Positions 52,232 through 64,000 of a stretch of 64,000 bases of DNA are shown here, piece by piece. Source of the DNA: Alphaproteobacteria bacterium (GTDB lineage: Bacteria > Pseudomonadota > Alphaproteobacteria > SPJN01); the NCBI GenBank assembly GCA_965227065.1, contig CBDDFN010000009.1, positions 151,337-215,336 of the forward strand, written 5' to 3'. The first letter of the stretch is position 1. Every line of letters begins with the position of its first letter. A program made the position numbers and the translations under genes. The notes under the pieces were generated by a model, which saw nothing but the letters and a program-made list of their open reading frames with translations, was not told where the DNA came from and did no database searches.

Positions 52232-55200
52232 TCAGCCAAAAGTGTAAGACTGGAGCGGCGCGACTTCAAGAGACCCTGTTTTCACAGCGCAAATCCCGTC
52301 CGCCGCCGCCAAAGCGCCGGCCACCGTGGTGTAGTAGGGGATCTTGTTCAGCAAGGCCGTGCGGCGCAAACCCTTTGAATCTTCAATGGCTTGGCTTCCT
52401 TCGGTCGTGTTGAAAACAAGCTGAACGTCACCATTTTTCATCGCGTCCACAATATGGGGCCTTCCCTCCAGCACCTTGTTGACGGTACTGACAGGCAGGC
52501 CTTGTGCGGCAATAAAGCGCGCAGTTCCGCGCGTGGCGATAATCGAAAAGCCTGCCTCGACGAGTTTTTGAACCGCTGGCAGGATCGCATCCTTGTCGGC
52601 ATCGCGGACCGACACAAAGGCGGTGCCTTGGGTCGGGACCTTGGTGCCACCGCCCAGTTGCGACTTGGCGAAGGCGCGCTCAAACGTCGTATCAAGGCCC
52701 ATGACCTCGCCGGTTGACCGCATTTCGGGGCCAAGCAGAATGTCGACGCCGGGGAAGCGGGCGAAGGGGAAGACCGCTTCCTTGACCGCCACATGGGTCA
52801 GGTCAGCCGAGGGCAGATCAAAGCTGGCGAGCTTTTCGCCGGCCATGACACGGGCGGCGATCTTGGCAATCGGCGCACCGATTGCCTTGGCCACAAATGG
52901 TACGGTCCGGCTGGCGCGCGGGTTGACCTCGATCAGATAGATCACGTCATCCTTGACCGCGAATTGAACATTCATCAGCCCGACGACATTGAGCTCAAGC
53001 GCCAGCATGCGGGCCTGGCGCTTCAATTCGGCAATGATCTCTTTGCTGAGCGAATAGGGCGGCAGCGAGCACGCCGAGTCGCCCGAATGCACACCCGCTT
53101 CTTCAATATGTTCCATGATGCCGGCGACATAGACGTCGGAGCCGTCGCACAGCGCGTCGACATCAACTTCGGTCGCGCCATCAAGATAGCCGTCGATCAG
53201 CACCGGTGAGCTGCCCGAAACCACCACGGCGTTTTTGATATAGCGCTTGAGACCCGCTTCATCGCGGACAATTTCCATCGCCCGGCCGCCCAAAACGTAA
53301 GAGGGGCGGATGACGACGGGATAGCCGACGGTGCGGGCGATTTCGATCGCCTGCTCTTCGGTTGAGGCAATGCCGTTATTGGGCTGTTTGAGATCAAGTT
53401 TCTCCAGCATCTGCTGGAAGCGTTCGCGGTCTTCGGCCAAATCAATCGCATCGGGCGTGGTCCCCAGGATCGGGATCCCCGCTTCTTCCAGACCATTGGC
53501 AAGCTTGAGCGGGGTTTGCCCGCCAAACTGCACGATCACGCCATGCAAGCCACCGGCGTCCTGTTCAAGCTTCAAAAGCTCCAGCACGTCTTCCAGCGTC
53601 AGGGGCTCAAAATAAAGCCGGTCGGACGTGTCATAGTCGGTTGAAACCGTCTCAGGGTTACAGTTGACCATGATGGTTTCATAGCCCGCTTCTTCCAACG
53701 CAAAGGCGGCATGACAGCAGCAATAGTCAAACTCAATGCCCTGGCCGATCCGGTTGGGGCCACCGCCGAGAATAACGACTTTCTTGCGGTCGCTTGCGCC
53801 CGCTTCGCATTCGGCCTGATCAGAGCCGGGCACTGCGGTTTCGTAAGCCGAATACATATAAGGGGTGCGTGCCTCAAACTCAGCGGCAACCGTATCAATG
53901 CGTTTATAGACCGGCTTCACATGGGCGGCGCGGCGCTGGGCGGAAACCTCGGCCTCATTCTTGCCGAGCAGTTCAGCCAGCCGCGCATCTGAAAAGCCTT
54001 GGGCTTTGATGTGCTGCCAGTCGCGCGCGTCGGTCGGCAATCCCTTTTGCTTGATGTCTTCTTCCAGATCGATGATCGCCTTGATCTGGCTGAGGAACCA
54101 GGGGTCGATCTTACAGGCGGCAAAGACATCATCAATGGTCAGGCCAAGCCGGAAGGCCTGGGCCACCGCCAACAGCCGTTCGGGCGTCGGTGTGCCAAGC
54201 GCCTTGCGGATGGCGTTCAAATCATCGCCTTCATTGAGGCCCGGCACAGCATAATCGTTGAGCCCGGTAAGCCCGGTTTCAAGTGACCGCAATGCCTTTT
54301 GCAGGCTTTCAGGGAAGCTCCGCCCAATCGCCATGGCTTCGCCCACCGACTTCATCGCGGTTGACAGAACCGGCGAGGCACCGGCGAATTTTTCAAACGC
54401 AAAGCGCGGAATTTTGGTCACGACATAATCGATGGTTGGCTCAAAGCTCGCCGGGGTTACGCCGGTAATGTCATTGTCGAGTTCATCAAGCGTGTAACCG
54501 ACCGCCAGCTTGGCAGCGATCTTGGCAATCGGGAACCCGGTGGCCTTGGAGGCCAGCGCCGAGCTGCGCGACACGCGCGGGTTCATCTCGATGACGACCA
54601 GACGGCCATCGGCGGGGTTAACTGCAAATTGCACGTTCGAGCCGCCGGTTTCGACGCCGATCTCGCGCAGCACCGCCAATGAGGCGTTGCGCATGATCTG
54701 ATATTCCTTGTCGGTCAGGGTCAGCGCGGGCGCAACCGTGATCGAGTCTCCGGTATGCACGCCCATCGGGTCGATATTTTCAATCGAGCAGATGATGATG
54801 CAATTGTCGGCCTTGTCACGGACGACTTCCATCTCGAACTCTTTCCAGCCCAGCACACTTTCCTCGACCAGCACTTCGGTGGTGGGGGAGGCATCAAGGC
54901 CGGTTTCGACGATGTGGAGATATTCTTCCTTGTTGTAGGCAATGCCGCCGCCTGTGCCACCCAGGGTGAATGAGGGGCGGATGATCGCGGGCAGGCCGAT
55001 AATGTCGAGCGCTTTATAGGCATCGGCCATGGAATGGACGATTTCCGAGCGCGGGCTTTCCAGACCAATCCGGGTCATCGCCTCGCGGAACTTGTCGCGG
55101 TCTTCGGCCTTTTCAATCGCATCGCGATTGGCGCCGATCAGCTCGACGCCATATTTGGCAAGCACGCCCTGATCAGCCAGCGCCAAGGCGGTGTTGAGCG

Positions 55201-55483
55201 CGGTCTGTCCACCCATGGTCGGCAGCAGCGCATCGGGCTTTTCGCGCGCAATGACCTTTTCAACGATCTCAGGCGTGATCGGCTCGATATAGGTGGCATC
55301 GGCCAGATCGGGATCGGTCATGATCGTGGCGGGGTTCGAATTCACCAGCACGATCCGGTAGCCTTCGGCTTTCAGCGCCTTGATGGCCTGCGTGCCGGAA
55401 TAGTCGAACTCACAGGCCTGGCCGATAATGATCGGACCCGCCCCAATGATCAGGATCGAGTTAATGTCTGTACGCTTGGGCAT
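52232..55483 (-). CDS. carB: carbamoyl-phosphate synthase large subunit
   Basis: 1083 aa with two ATP-grasp modules, an oligomerisation domain and a C-terminal MGS-like domain. Confidence 0.95.
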   Translation of the reverse strand: MPKRTDINSILIIGAGPIIIGQACEFDYSGTQAIKALKAEGYRIVLVNSNPATIMTDPDLADATYIEPITPEIVEKVIAREKPDALLPTMGGQTALNTALALADQGVLAKYGVELIGANRDAIEKAEDRDKFREAMTRIGLESPRSEIVHSMADAYKALDIIGLPAIIRPSFTLGGTGGGIAYNKEEYLHIVETGLDASPTTEVLVEESVLGWKEFEMEVVRDKADNCIIICSIENIDPMGVHTGDSITVAPALTLTDKEYQIMRNASLAVLREIGVETGGSNVQFAVNPADGRLVVIEMNPRVSRSSALASKATGFPIAKIAAKLAVGYTLDELDNDITGVTPASFEPTIDYVVTKIPRFAFEKFAGASPVLSTAMKSVGEAMAIGRSFPESLQKALRSLETGLTGLNDYAVPGLNEGDDLNAIRKALGTPTPERLLAVAQAFRLGLTIDDVFAACKIDPWFLSQIKAIIDLEEDIKQKGLPTDARDWQHIKAQGFSDARLAELLGKNEAEVSAQRRAAHVKPVYKRIDTVAAEFEARTPYMYSAYETAVPGSDQAECEAGASDRKKVVILGGGPNRIGQGIEFDYCCCHAAFALEEAGYETIMVNCNPETVSTDYDTSDRLYFEPLTLEDVLELLKLEQDAGGLHGVIVQFGGQTPLKLANGLEEAGIPILGTTPDAIDLAEDRERFQQMLEKLDLKQPNNGIASTEEQAIEIARTVGYPVVIRPSYVLGGRAMEIVRDEAGLKRYIKNAVVVSGSSPVLIDGYLDGATEVDVDALCDGSDVYVAGIMEHIEEAGVHSGDSACSLPPYSLSKEIIAELKRQARMLALELNVVGLMNVQFAVKDDVIYLIEVNPRASRTVPFVAKAIGAPIAKIAARVMAGEKLASFDLPSADLTHVAVKEAVFPFARFPGVDILLGPEMRSTGEVMGLDTTFERAFAKSQLGGGTKVPTQGTAFVSVRDADKDAILPAVQKLVEAGFSIIATRGTARFIAAQGLPVSTVNKVLEGRPHIVDAMKNGDVQLVFNTTEGSQAIEDSKGLRRTALLNKIPYYTTVAGALAAADGICAVKTGSLEVAPLQSYTFG

Positions 55484-55486
55484 GGG

Positions 55487-56713
55487 TTAGGCGGCCCCGG
55501 TTTTATGGGTTTCGATCATCCGCACGAAGCGGTTGAAGAGATAGAAGCTGTCTTGCGGGCCCGGGCTTGCCTCAGGGTGATATTGCACCGAAAAGACCGG
55601 CCGGTCTTTCAACCTGATGCCGCAATTGGTGCCGTCAAACAGCGAGACATGAGTTTCCACAACGCCATCAGGCAGGCTGTCGCGATCCACCGTAAAGCCA
55701 TGGTTCATTGAGGTGATTTCTACCTTGCCGGTTTCGAGGTCTTTGACCGGATGGTTCGCCCCGCGATGGCCCTGATGCATTTTGGTGGTCTTGCCGCCAA
55801 GCGCCAGGGCGAGCATCTGATGGCCCAGGCAAATGCCGAATAAGGGCTTGTTGCTGTCCACCAATTCTTTGATCACCGGCACCGCATACTCACCCGTCGC
55901 CGCCGGATCACCCGGCCCGTTGGCGAGGAAGATGCCGTCCGGGTCAAGCTCCAGAACCTCCTGGGCGCTGGCGGTTGCGGGCAGCACGGTCACCCGCGCA
56001 CCTTCCGATGCCAGACAGCGCAGAATGTTGCGCTTGCAGCCATAATCGATGGCGACGACATGGTGCTTGGCTTTTTCAAGCCCGCCAAAGCCCGCGCCGA
56101 GTTCCCACCGTGTTTGGGTCCATTCGCTGCGCTGGGCGCAAGTCACATCCTTGGCAAGGTCCATGCCTTTAAGGCCGGGAAAGCCATGCGCCATGGCTTG
56201 CAATGCTTTGAGGTCAAACTCCCCGTCGGGATGGTGGGCCACCACGCCATTGGGTGCACCGCCCAAACGAATGCGGCGAGTGAGCGCGCGAGTATCGACC
56301 CCGGCAATCCCGACAAGGCCCTGATGGGCCATCCAGTCCGAGAAATGCTTGGCCGAGCGGAAGTTGGACGGTTCGGTCACCGGCGCGCGCAGCACACAGC
56401 CCCGCGCGGCGGGCGTGGTCGTCTCGTGATCTTCGAGATTGGTGCCGATATTGCCTATATGGGGAAAGGTGAAGGTGATGATCTGGCCCGCAAAGCTGGG
56501 GTCGGTCAGGGTTTCCTGATACCCGGTGAGCGATGTGGTGAAACAGACCTCGCCGACCACCTCGCCGGTGGCTCCAACGCCTGTGCCTTCAAACACAGTG
56601 CCATCGGCCAACACCAAAACGGCGGTGATTTTCGGGGCATAAAGCCCGGCGGCGCGCGAAAAGGGGACGGGCGCCGTTGTGGCGTCCGGGTTCTGACTGT
56701 CAGGCTCGGCCAT
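55487..56713 (-). CDS. carA: carbamoyl-phosphate synthase small subunit (glutamine amidotransferase)
   Basis: CPSase small-chain N-domain with a class I GATase (catalytic Cys in GICLGHQ). Start at MAEPDSQ (ATG 56713). Confidence 0.9.
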   Translation of the reverse strand: MAEPDSQNPDATTAPVPFSRAAGLYAPKITAVLVLADGTVFEGTGVGATGEVVGEVCFTTSLTGYQETLTDPSFAGQIITFTFPHIGNIGTNLEDHETTTPAARGCVLRAPVTEPSNFRSAKHFSDWMAHQGLVGIAGVDTRALTRRIRLGGAPNGVVAHHPDGEFDLKALQAMAHGFPGLKGMDLAKDVTCAQRSEWTQTRWELGAGFGGLEKAKHHVVAIDYGCKRNILRCLASEGARVTVLPATASAQEVLELDPDGIFLANGPGDPAATGEYAVPVIKELVDSNKPLFGICLGHQMLALALGGKTTKMHQGHRGANHPVKDLETGKVEITSMNHGFTVDRDSLPDGVVETHVSLFDGTNCGIRLKDRPVFSVQYHPEASPGPQDSFYLFNRFVRMIETHKTGAA

Positions 56714-56925
56714 GAAAATCCTTACTCGGCTTGGGATCGCCCGTTTAGGGGCGATTCTGCGCGTGGGTTTTCGGTTTATAGGAAAGATATCGGGTCTGGT
56801 CAAGAAACCGACATATTTTGAAAATACAATAAAAACAATAACTTAGAGTTTTCAAAGGGTGGTTGCGTCTGGCCGTCGCATGTCTTATGGTCCCGCGCCT
56901 TTAAGGTGTGACCCAAGGATTTGTG

Positions 56926-57381
56926 ATGCGAGACAAGTTTACTGCAGCTTTGAAAGACGCCGTGCGCGCGAAAGACCAGCGCCGCGTGTCGACTGTGCGG
57001 CTCATTCTTGCCGCCATCAAGGATCGGGACATTGCCGTGCGGACCGAAGGCCGGTCCGAAGGGGTTGATGACAGCGAGATCCTACAGATCCTGCAAAAAA
57101 TGGTGAAGCAGCGCACCGAAAGCGCCAAGACCTACGAAGATGCCGGCCGCATCGAACTGGCCGAAGCCGAACGTGAAGAGGTCGCCATCATCGAAGAATT
57201 TCTGCCCAAGCAAATGTCCGATGATGAGATTAATGCTGCGGTGGCTGAGACCGTCGGTGCCATCGGGGCCGAGAACTTGAAAGATATGGGCCGCACCATG
57301 GCTGCGCTGAAAGAAAAATATGCCGGCGCCATGGATTTCAAAAAAGCCTCCGCCGCCGTTAAATCTGCCCTCGGTGCCTAA
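56926..57381 (+). CDS. yqeY: GatB/YqeY domain-containing protein
   Basis: YqeY fold sequence. First gene of the yqeY-dnaG-rpoD macromolecular synthesis operon. Confidence 0.75.
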   Translation: MRDKFTAALKDAVRAKDQRRVSTVRLILAAIKDRDIAVRTEGRSEGVDDSEILQILQKMVKQRTESAKTYEDAGRIELAEAEREEVAIIEEFLPKQMSDDEINAAVAETVGAIGAENLKDMGRTMAALKEKYAGAMDFKKASAAVKSALGA

Positions 57382-57470
57382 CCGGCCAGCTGGCCGGGGA
57401 GATCATCCCTCCGCGAAGGGATGCGCAACGCGTTGCGGGTAGTCGCGGTGGAGCGTAATGTCCGCAGACC

Positions 57471-59405
57471 ATGGCCATTTCGGAAAGCTTTCTCGATGAA
57501 CTGCGCGCCCGCGTCGCTTTGAGCGATGTGGTGGGCCGCCGTGTGACCTGGGACAAGCGCAAGACCAATCTGTCGCGCCGGGACTATTGGGCGTGCTGCC
57601 CGTTCCACAATGAAAAATCACCCAGCTTTCATGTCGACGATCAGAAAGGCTTTTACCATTGCTTTGGTTGCGGCGCGTCGGGCGATGTGGTGCGCTTTCT
57701 GATTGACCATGACGGGATGGGCTTTCGTGAAGCGGTGGCCGAACTTGCCCAGATGGCGGGCCTTGAGGTGCCCGATGCCGCGCCTGAAGACCCCCGCCAG
57801 AAAGAAAAGAAAAAGACGCTGCACGACGTGCTTGAGGCCACGGCAGAGTGGTTTCACGCGGCGCTCAAGTCGGACGCGGGTAAGCAGGCGCGTCACTATG
57901 CGATGGAACGGCGCAAGCTCGATGCCTCCATCCTCACCCGATTCCGGGTGGGCTTTGCGCCGTCTGACCGCCAAGCGCTGCGCAAGGCCCTTCTTAAACA
58001 GGGGTTTGTCGATGCCATGCTGGTCGAGGCAGGCTTGTGCATTGCGCCTGAGGATGGCGGTGAGCCCTTTGTGCGCTTCCGCGACCGGCTGATGTTTCCC
58101 ATTGAAGATGCGCGCGGCGCGGTTGTCGGCTTTGGCGGGCGTGATTTGTCAGGCCGGGCGCAGGCTAAATACCTCAACTCGCCCGAAACGCCGGTCTTTC
58201 ACAAATCCAACCTGCTCTACAATTTCAAACGTGCGCGGGAAGCCTCGCGCAAGGCCGGGACGCTGCTGGTCACGGAAGGCTATATGGATGTGATCGCTTG
58301 TGCGCGGGCGGGGCTTGATCACGCAGTTGCGCCCAACGGCACGGCATTGACTGAGGAGCAGCTGCGCCTGATGTGGCGGACCGTGTCCGAACCCGTTCTG
58401 TGCTTTGATGGCGATCAGGCGGGCCGCAAGGCTGCGTTCCGTGCCGTCGACCTGGCACTTCAGCATATTGCACCGGGCCATTCGCTGCGTTTTGTGCTGC
58501 TGCCCGACGGCAAGGACCCCGATGATCTGTTGAATGAAGGGGGCCGTGCGGCGCTCGAAAAGAAATTTTCTGAAAACGTGTCCTTTGCCGACATGCTGTT
58601 TTTGAGCCTGAAGGAGCAGCAGCCGCTGGAGACGCCCGAACAGAAGGCGGCGTTTAAAAAAGCGGTGCGGGCAAGTCTGGGGCGGATCGGCGATAAAGAC
58701 GTGCGCGAATTTTATGCCCAGGATTTTGAAGCCCGGCTTTCAGCCCTGTTTGGCACGGCCGAAAAAGGCTTGTCGGGACCGGGCCGGGGCGACCGGACCG
58801 TGCCGCACCAGCCCTGGGAAGCCGGAGGCCTGCGCGAACGCTGGGTGCGGGATCCCCGTTCGGGCCGGTCTCACAAACAAAAGGTCGGCCTGTCGAGCGC
58901 GGGCGTCAAAAACACCCTGATCCGCCGATTGAAGAGCGATGGCGGTCAGATGGCGGCCGCCAGCCTGCGCGAAGCCCGGCTTGTGGCGCTGCTGATCCGC
59001 TTCCCCGGTCTGATTGAACCCCATCTGGAAGAAATTGCTGATTTGCCCTTGTCCGACGTGCAGCTTGACAGACTGATGGCTGGCCTATTAGAAGTCGCGT
59101 CCGAGCATCCGGGCCTTGAAATGGCCGGACTCAAACGCCACCTGACGGATCAGGGTATGACAGAAGGGTTGGAGCGCCTTGAGAGAGATGATCTCTTAAG
59201 CGGGCGCTTGTCGTCGTTTGAGGAAGCAGAGCGGCGGTTTCACGGGCTGTTGGCACAATTCAGGGTCAGCGTGGCGGAAACCGAAGTCCGGGATGCGGAG
59301 GATGCGCTCAGAAGCGACTTCACCGAAGACAATTCCAACCGGTTGAGCAGGGCTCATCACGCACTCGAACTGGCTCGTGCACAGGCGCGGTCCTTCGACG
59401 ATTAG
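57471..59405 (+). CDS. dnaG: DNA primase
   Basis: Zinc ribbon [13 protein letters not shown]...[15 protein letters not shown] domain (EGYMDVIA...[11 protein letters not shown]) and a C-terminal helicase-binding domain. Confidence 0.95.
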   Translation: MAISESFLDELRARVALSDVVGRRVTWDKRKTNLSRRDYWACCPFHNEKSPSFHVDDQKGFYHCFGCGASGDVVRFLIDHDGMGFREAVAELAQMAGLEVPDAAPEDPRQKEKKKTLHDVLEATAEWFHAALKSDAGKQARHYAMERRKLDASILTRFRVGFAPSDRQALRKALLKQGFVDAMLVEAGLCIAPEDGGEPFVRFRDRLMFPIEDARGAVVGFGGRDLSGRAQAKYLNSPETPVFHKSNLLYNFKRAREASRKAGTLLVTEGYMDVIACARAGLDHAVAPNGTALTEEQLRLMWRTVSEPVLCFDGDQAGRKAAFRAVDLALQHIAPGHSLRFVLLPDGKDPDDLLNEGGRAALEKKFSENVSFADMLFLSLKEQQPLETPEQKAAFKKAVRASLGRIGDKDVREFYAQDFEARLSALFGTAEKGLSGPGRGDRTVPHQPWEAGGLRERWVRDPRSGRSHKQKVGLSSAGVKNTLIRRLKSDGGQMAAASLREARLVALLIRFPGLIEPHLEEIADLPLSDVQLDRLMAGLLEVASEHPGLEMAGLKRHLTDQGMTEGLERLERDDLLSGRLSSFEEAERRFHGLLAQFRVSVAETEVRDAEDALRSDFTEDNSNRLSRAHHALELARAQARSFDD

Positions 59406-59428
59406 GATGCGAAAGGCGTAATACGCAT

Positions 59429-61468
<2,040 letters not shown>

Positions 61469-61485
61469 GCGGCAGCGGGGGACCT

Positions 61486-61956
61486 ATGCAGCAGGTAGAA
61501 ATCCGGCCCGCCGGACCGGCCGACCAGTCGCAATTTCTGAGCATCGTCAAGCTCATCCGGGACGAGATGGGCCATGGCGAGGCCAAGCCCGGCGCGCTTG
61601 ATGAAATGGCGCATATGCTGTGCGCACCGCATTATGACGGCATCAAGCATCATTGGTTGCTGATCGCGGTCGCGGATGGCGAGATTGTCGGCTATTGCAC
61701 CATGCACCGGGTGCCGATGCCGATTGTCGGCGGCTCGGAAGCCTATATCTCGGACCTGTTTGTGCGGGCCGATATGCGCGGCCATGATCTGGGACACCGC
61801 TTCATCGACAAGCTCGACGAGATCGCCCAGGCCGAAGGGTTTGTCCGGATGCATGTCATCAATCGCAAGGACCGGGAAAGCCACAAGCGCGGCTTTTACC
61901 CCAAGCTTGGCTTCCGCGAACGCGAAGAAACCGCCAGCTTCGTGCTGGAATTCTAG
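61486..61956 (+). CDS. GNAT family N-acetyltransferase
   Basis: Acetyl-CoA binding motif A (DLFVRADMRGHDLGHRFI). 156 aa. Confidence 0.7.
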   Translation: MQQVEIRPAGPADQSQFLSIVKLIRDEMGHGEAKPGALDEMAHMLCAPHYDGIKHHWLLIAVADGEIVGYCTMHRVPMPIVGGSEAYISDLFVRADMRGHDLGHRFIDKLDEIAQAEGFVRMHVINRKDRESHKRGFYPKLGFREREETASFVLEF

Positions 61957-62019
61957 GCGGCGGCCGCGCGCCGACCATCTTGCCTCCGGCAGGGCGGGGA
62001 AGAGAAACACCCCAACGCA

Positions 62020-62163
62020 GCGTCATTCCGGTTTTCGCCCGCAAACCTGTTTGGGGGCGGAAGACCGGAATCTGGAGGTCCTGCGACTCCACGGATCGGT
62101 GCGGTGCAGAACGAAACGCCGTGCCGACAGATTCGGGGATGCGCAAACGCACCCGGAATGACG
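62020..62163 (-). repeat. approximately 150 nt repeat element with terminal inverted repeats, copy B (inverted relative to copy A)
   Basis: GCGTCATTCCGG ... CCGGAATGACG. Internal CCGGAATCTG...CAGATTCGG. Its reverse complement aligns block-for-block with 36116-36271. It ends about 70 nt upstream of the tRNA. Confidence 0.55.
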
Positions 62164-62231
62164 GTGGAATGATCCAAACCACCCCTTGCCGATTCAGCGC
62201 GAGAGTGAGAAGACTTGCCTTCCCAAAGCGC

Positions 62232-62305
62232 GGGGCCGTAGCTCAACTGGTTAGAGCCATCCGCTCATAACGGATTGGTTGCAGGTTCAAGTCCTGCCGG
62301 CCCTA
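62232..62305 (+). tRNA. tRNA-Met (anticodon CAU), elongator type, or possibly tRNA-Ile2 (lysidine)
   Basis: Manual cloverleaf: acceptor GGGGCCG/CGGCCCT, D-arm GCTC-AACTGGTTA-GAGC, anticodon arm ATCCG-CTCATAA-CGGAT, T-arm GCAGG-TTCAAGT-CCTGC, and discriminator A. CCA is not encoded. Confidence 0.8.
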
Positions 62306-63208
62306 CGCCTTCAAATGCTTCACCAGAAAATCCCGCGCCGCGGCGGAGCCCAACTCGAACTGGTTGGCATAGACTTCCATATGCCCGCCTTGCACCAACA
62401 ACAGCTCTTTGGGTTCAAGCGCGTGTTCGTAAGCCTCCAGCGCAATATCGGTGGGCGTGACAATGTCATGGCTGACCAAAATCATCAGCAGCGGCACCGG
62501 GCTGATCTGGTGGATATGCTGGGCGGGTTCATACTCGGCCATCATTTCCGAGGATTTGAGCGTCACCTGGTTGAGCCATTGCTCGGTCCCCAGCAGGCCC
62601 GATTCGCGAATGAAATCCCATTCCTCGGGTGAGGGCAGGGCGCATAGCGCACCGCGTTCGGCAAAGACATCGATCACGGCGGCTTCGCCACCCGCAAAGC
62701 GGGTTTCGCGGTCGCGGTCATACATATCCCGCAGCACTTCGATTTCTTCCTCGCGGAACACACGGTGCGTGTTTTTGTGGCCCGAAATGAACGGCACCTG
62801 GCTCACCACCGCCTTGATCCGTTTGTCGAGCCCGGCCACGGCGAGCACATGGCCGCCCGAATAGCTTGTCCCCCAAATGCCGATCCGCTCGCGGTCAATG
62901 TTGGGATGGGTGCGCGCAAAGGTGATCGCGTCGCGATAGCCCTGAACCTGCAACCAGGGATCGGATTCAAGGCGCGGGCTGCCGTCCGAGGCGCCGAAAT
63001 TGCGATGGTCATAAACCACGCAGGCCAGTCCCGCCGCGCAGAAAATCTCGGCATATTGATCGAGAAAGACCTCTTTCACGGCTGAAAAGCCGTGCGCCAT
63101 GACCACGGCGGGATGGGGGCCTTCACCCTCGGGCAGATAGAGCCAGCCGCGCAGCGTGACCCCGTCGGCGGTTTGAAATTCAATATCGGATCGCATGATC
63201 GCCCCCAT
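62303..63208 (-). CDS. alpha/beta hydrolase family protein
   Basis: Nucleophile elbow GIWGTSYSGG and HGFSAVKE region. 301 aa. The stop overlaps the tRNA 3' end by 3 nt. Confidence 0.75.
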   Translation of the reverse strand: MGAIMRSDIEFQTADGVTLRGWLYLPEGEGPHPAVVMAHGFSAVKEVFLDQYAEIFCAAGLACVVYDHRNFGASDGSPRLESDPWLQVQGYRDAITFARTHPNIDRERIGIWGTSYSGGHVLAVAGLDKRIKAVVSQVPFISGHKNTHRVFREEEIEVLRDMYDRDRETRFAGGEAAVIDVFAERGALCALPSPEEWDFIRESGLLGTEQWLNQVTLKSSEMMAEYEPAQHIHQISPVPLLMILVSHDIVTPTDIALEAYEHALEPKELLLVQGGHMEVYANQFELGSAAARDFLVKHLKA

Positions 63209-63278
63209 TTTTGGTGAGTGTTTTGACGATCATGCTAGTGGCTGTAGCCAGCCTGTCACCCCTTCGGCGGGAGGGGGA

Positions 63279-63788
63279 TCAATGTTGTTGTTTTTTCAAT
63301 TCCTGTTCAAGCGCATCCACCAGGCTGGTGCGAAACACGCTATAAGCCCGCACGATCAAGGCAAGGTCCTGATCGCTTTGGCTTTCAAGGTAAATTGACA
63401 GGCGCGTCGCCAGATCGGCCGGGATCGTCGAGGCCTCCAGAAGTTCATTGTAAAGCTCGATGATCTGCTCGGTCTTGTCGGCCATCTCCGCAGGGCTGTG
63501 GGTGGCTTTGAACAATTGGGCGGGGGCCAAGCCCGCAACCGTTTCAAACGGTGCGGCAAAGACGTGGGCGATGTAGCTCGCACTTGCAAAGCACATCACA
63601 CCACCTGCCAGAATGTCGGCATCGCCGGGCGGGGTGGCGGCATTGCCTTCGGCATCGATCACAAGGCGCGCGAAATGGGCGGCAAGCCGGATGCATTGAT
63701 GATCATGGCTGTCTGTGTCGTCGAGGATCAGCCCGGTGGCATTGGCCGTGGTGACAATCGCCTCGCTGGCGGAGCGAACCGTGTTCAT
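63279..63788 (-). CDS. hypothetical protein
   Basis: 169 aa acidic helical ORF with GC-typical codon usage. Start-coupled (ATGA) to the upstream partial ORF. No domain recognised. Confidence 0.4.
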   Translation of the reverse strand: MNTVRSASEAIVTTANATGLILDDTDSHDHQCIRLAAHFARLVIDAEGNAATPPGDADILAGGVMCFASASYIAHVFAAPFETVAGLAPAQLFKATHSPAEMADKTEQIIELYNELLEASTIPADLATRLSIYLESQSDQDLALIVRAYSVFRTSLVDALEQELKKQQH

Positions 63789-64000
63789 GGGGCGGCCGTC
63801 CCGGCATTGGGCTGGGGTGCTGTTTGCGGTGCGGCGCCTTCGGGTTTGAAGATCATGATAGCGCCTTCAAACTGCATATGGGCGGCGCACATGCGCTCCT
63901 CATCATCGTACCAGACATCGACGAGCCCTTTGGAGCTCACCACCCGGTATCCGGTGCAGCGGCGCTCCTCACCATCAATGGTGACGGTCTGGGGCGTGCC
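63785..64000 (-). CDS. hypothetical protein (partial; the 5' end lies outside the window)
   Basis: The open frame continues to the window edge and is translationally coupled to the downstream ORF. Confidence 0.3.
   Translation of the reverse strand, partial: GTPQTVTIDGEERRCTGYRVVSSKGLVDVWYDDEERMCAAHMQFEGAIMIFKPEGAAPQTAPQPNAGTAAP

Noticed and set aside
52232-55483. Numerous antisense or alternative-frame ORFs (60-225 aa) inside carB, the TBDRs, uvrB, uvrC and other long genes
   Set aside because: High-GC genomes produce long spurious open frames on the opposite strand. None has motifs, and all are fully contained within well-supported genes.

Overview
This 64 kb window is high-GC chromosomal DNA (roughly 60-65% GC), and its gene content and synteny look alphaproteobacterial. 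Most of it is densely packed housekeeping sequence:

- Nudix CoA pyrophosphatase, a small membrane ORF and cca; trmL-hemF; the cytochrome bc1 operon petABC; mtnP and apt.
- A translationally coupled hotdog-hotdog-dienelactone hydrolase operon, then ychF-pth-rplY, an NADPH:FMN reductase, prs, and pgeF with a MidA-like methyltransferase and lgt.
- ubiK, a YbjN-family gene, proC, a TetR regulator, DksA/TraR, a MarR-OmpR-EnvZ-like operon, ilvE and a GT4 glycosyltransferase.
- A MoaD-MoaE fusion, pgsA, uvrC, folB with an SDR, a CaCA antiporter, uvrB and aatA.
- msrP, trxB (with an apparent frameshift), an ELM1-family gene, lrp, greA, carAB, yqeY-dnaG-rpoD, a GNAT, tRNA-Met(CAU) and an alpha/beta hydrolase.

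The accessory-looking content is:

1. A roughly 9.5 kb locus in which three tandem paralogous DUF3089-like alpha/beta hydrolases lie convergent with three tandem paralogous TonB-dependent receptors. Each hydrolase has an N-terminal membrane anchor, six conserved cysteines and a GHSQG motif.
2. A sharp roughly 650 bp low-GC islet between apt and yraN that encodes a multi-pass membrane protein I cannot assign to a family.
3. Two copies, in opposite orientation, of a roughly 150 nt element with terminal inverted repeats (CGTCATTCCGG ... CCGGAATGACG), both in intergenic DNA; one sits just upstream of the tRNA.
4. A hairpin-rich roughly 370 nt non-coding stretch downstream of trxB that ends in a strong rho-independent terminator.
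5. A DnaA-box cluster with an AT tract upstream of uvrC.

No CRISPR array, rRNA, or recognisable transposase or integrase is present.
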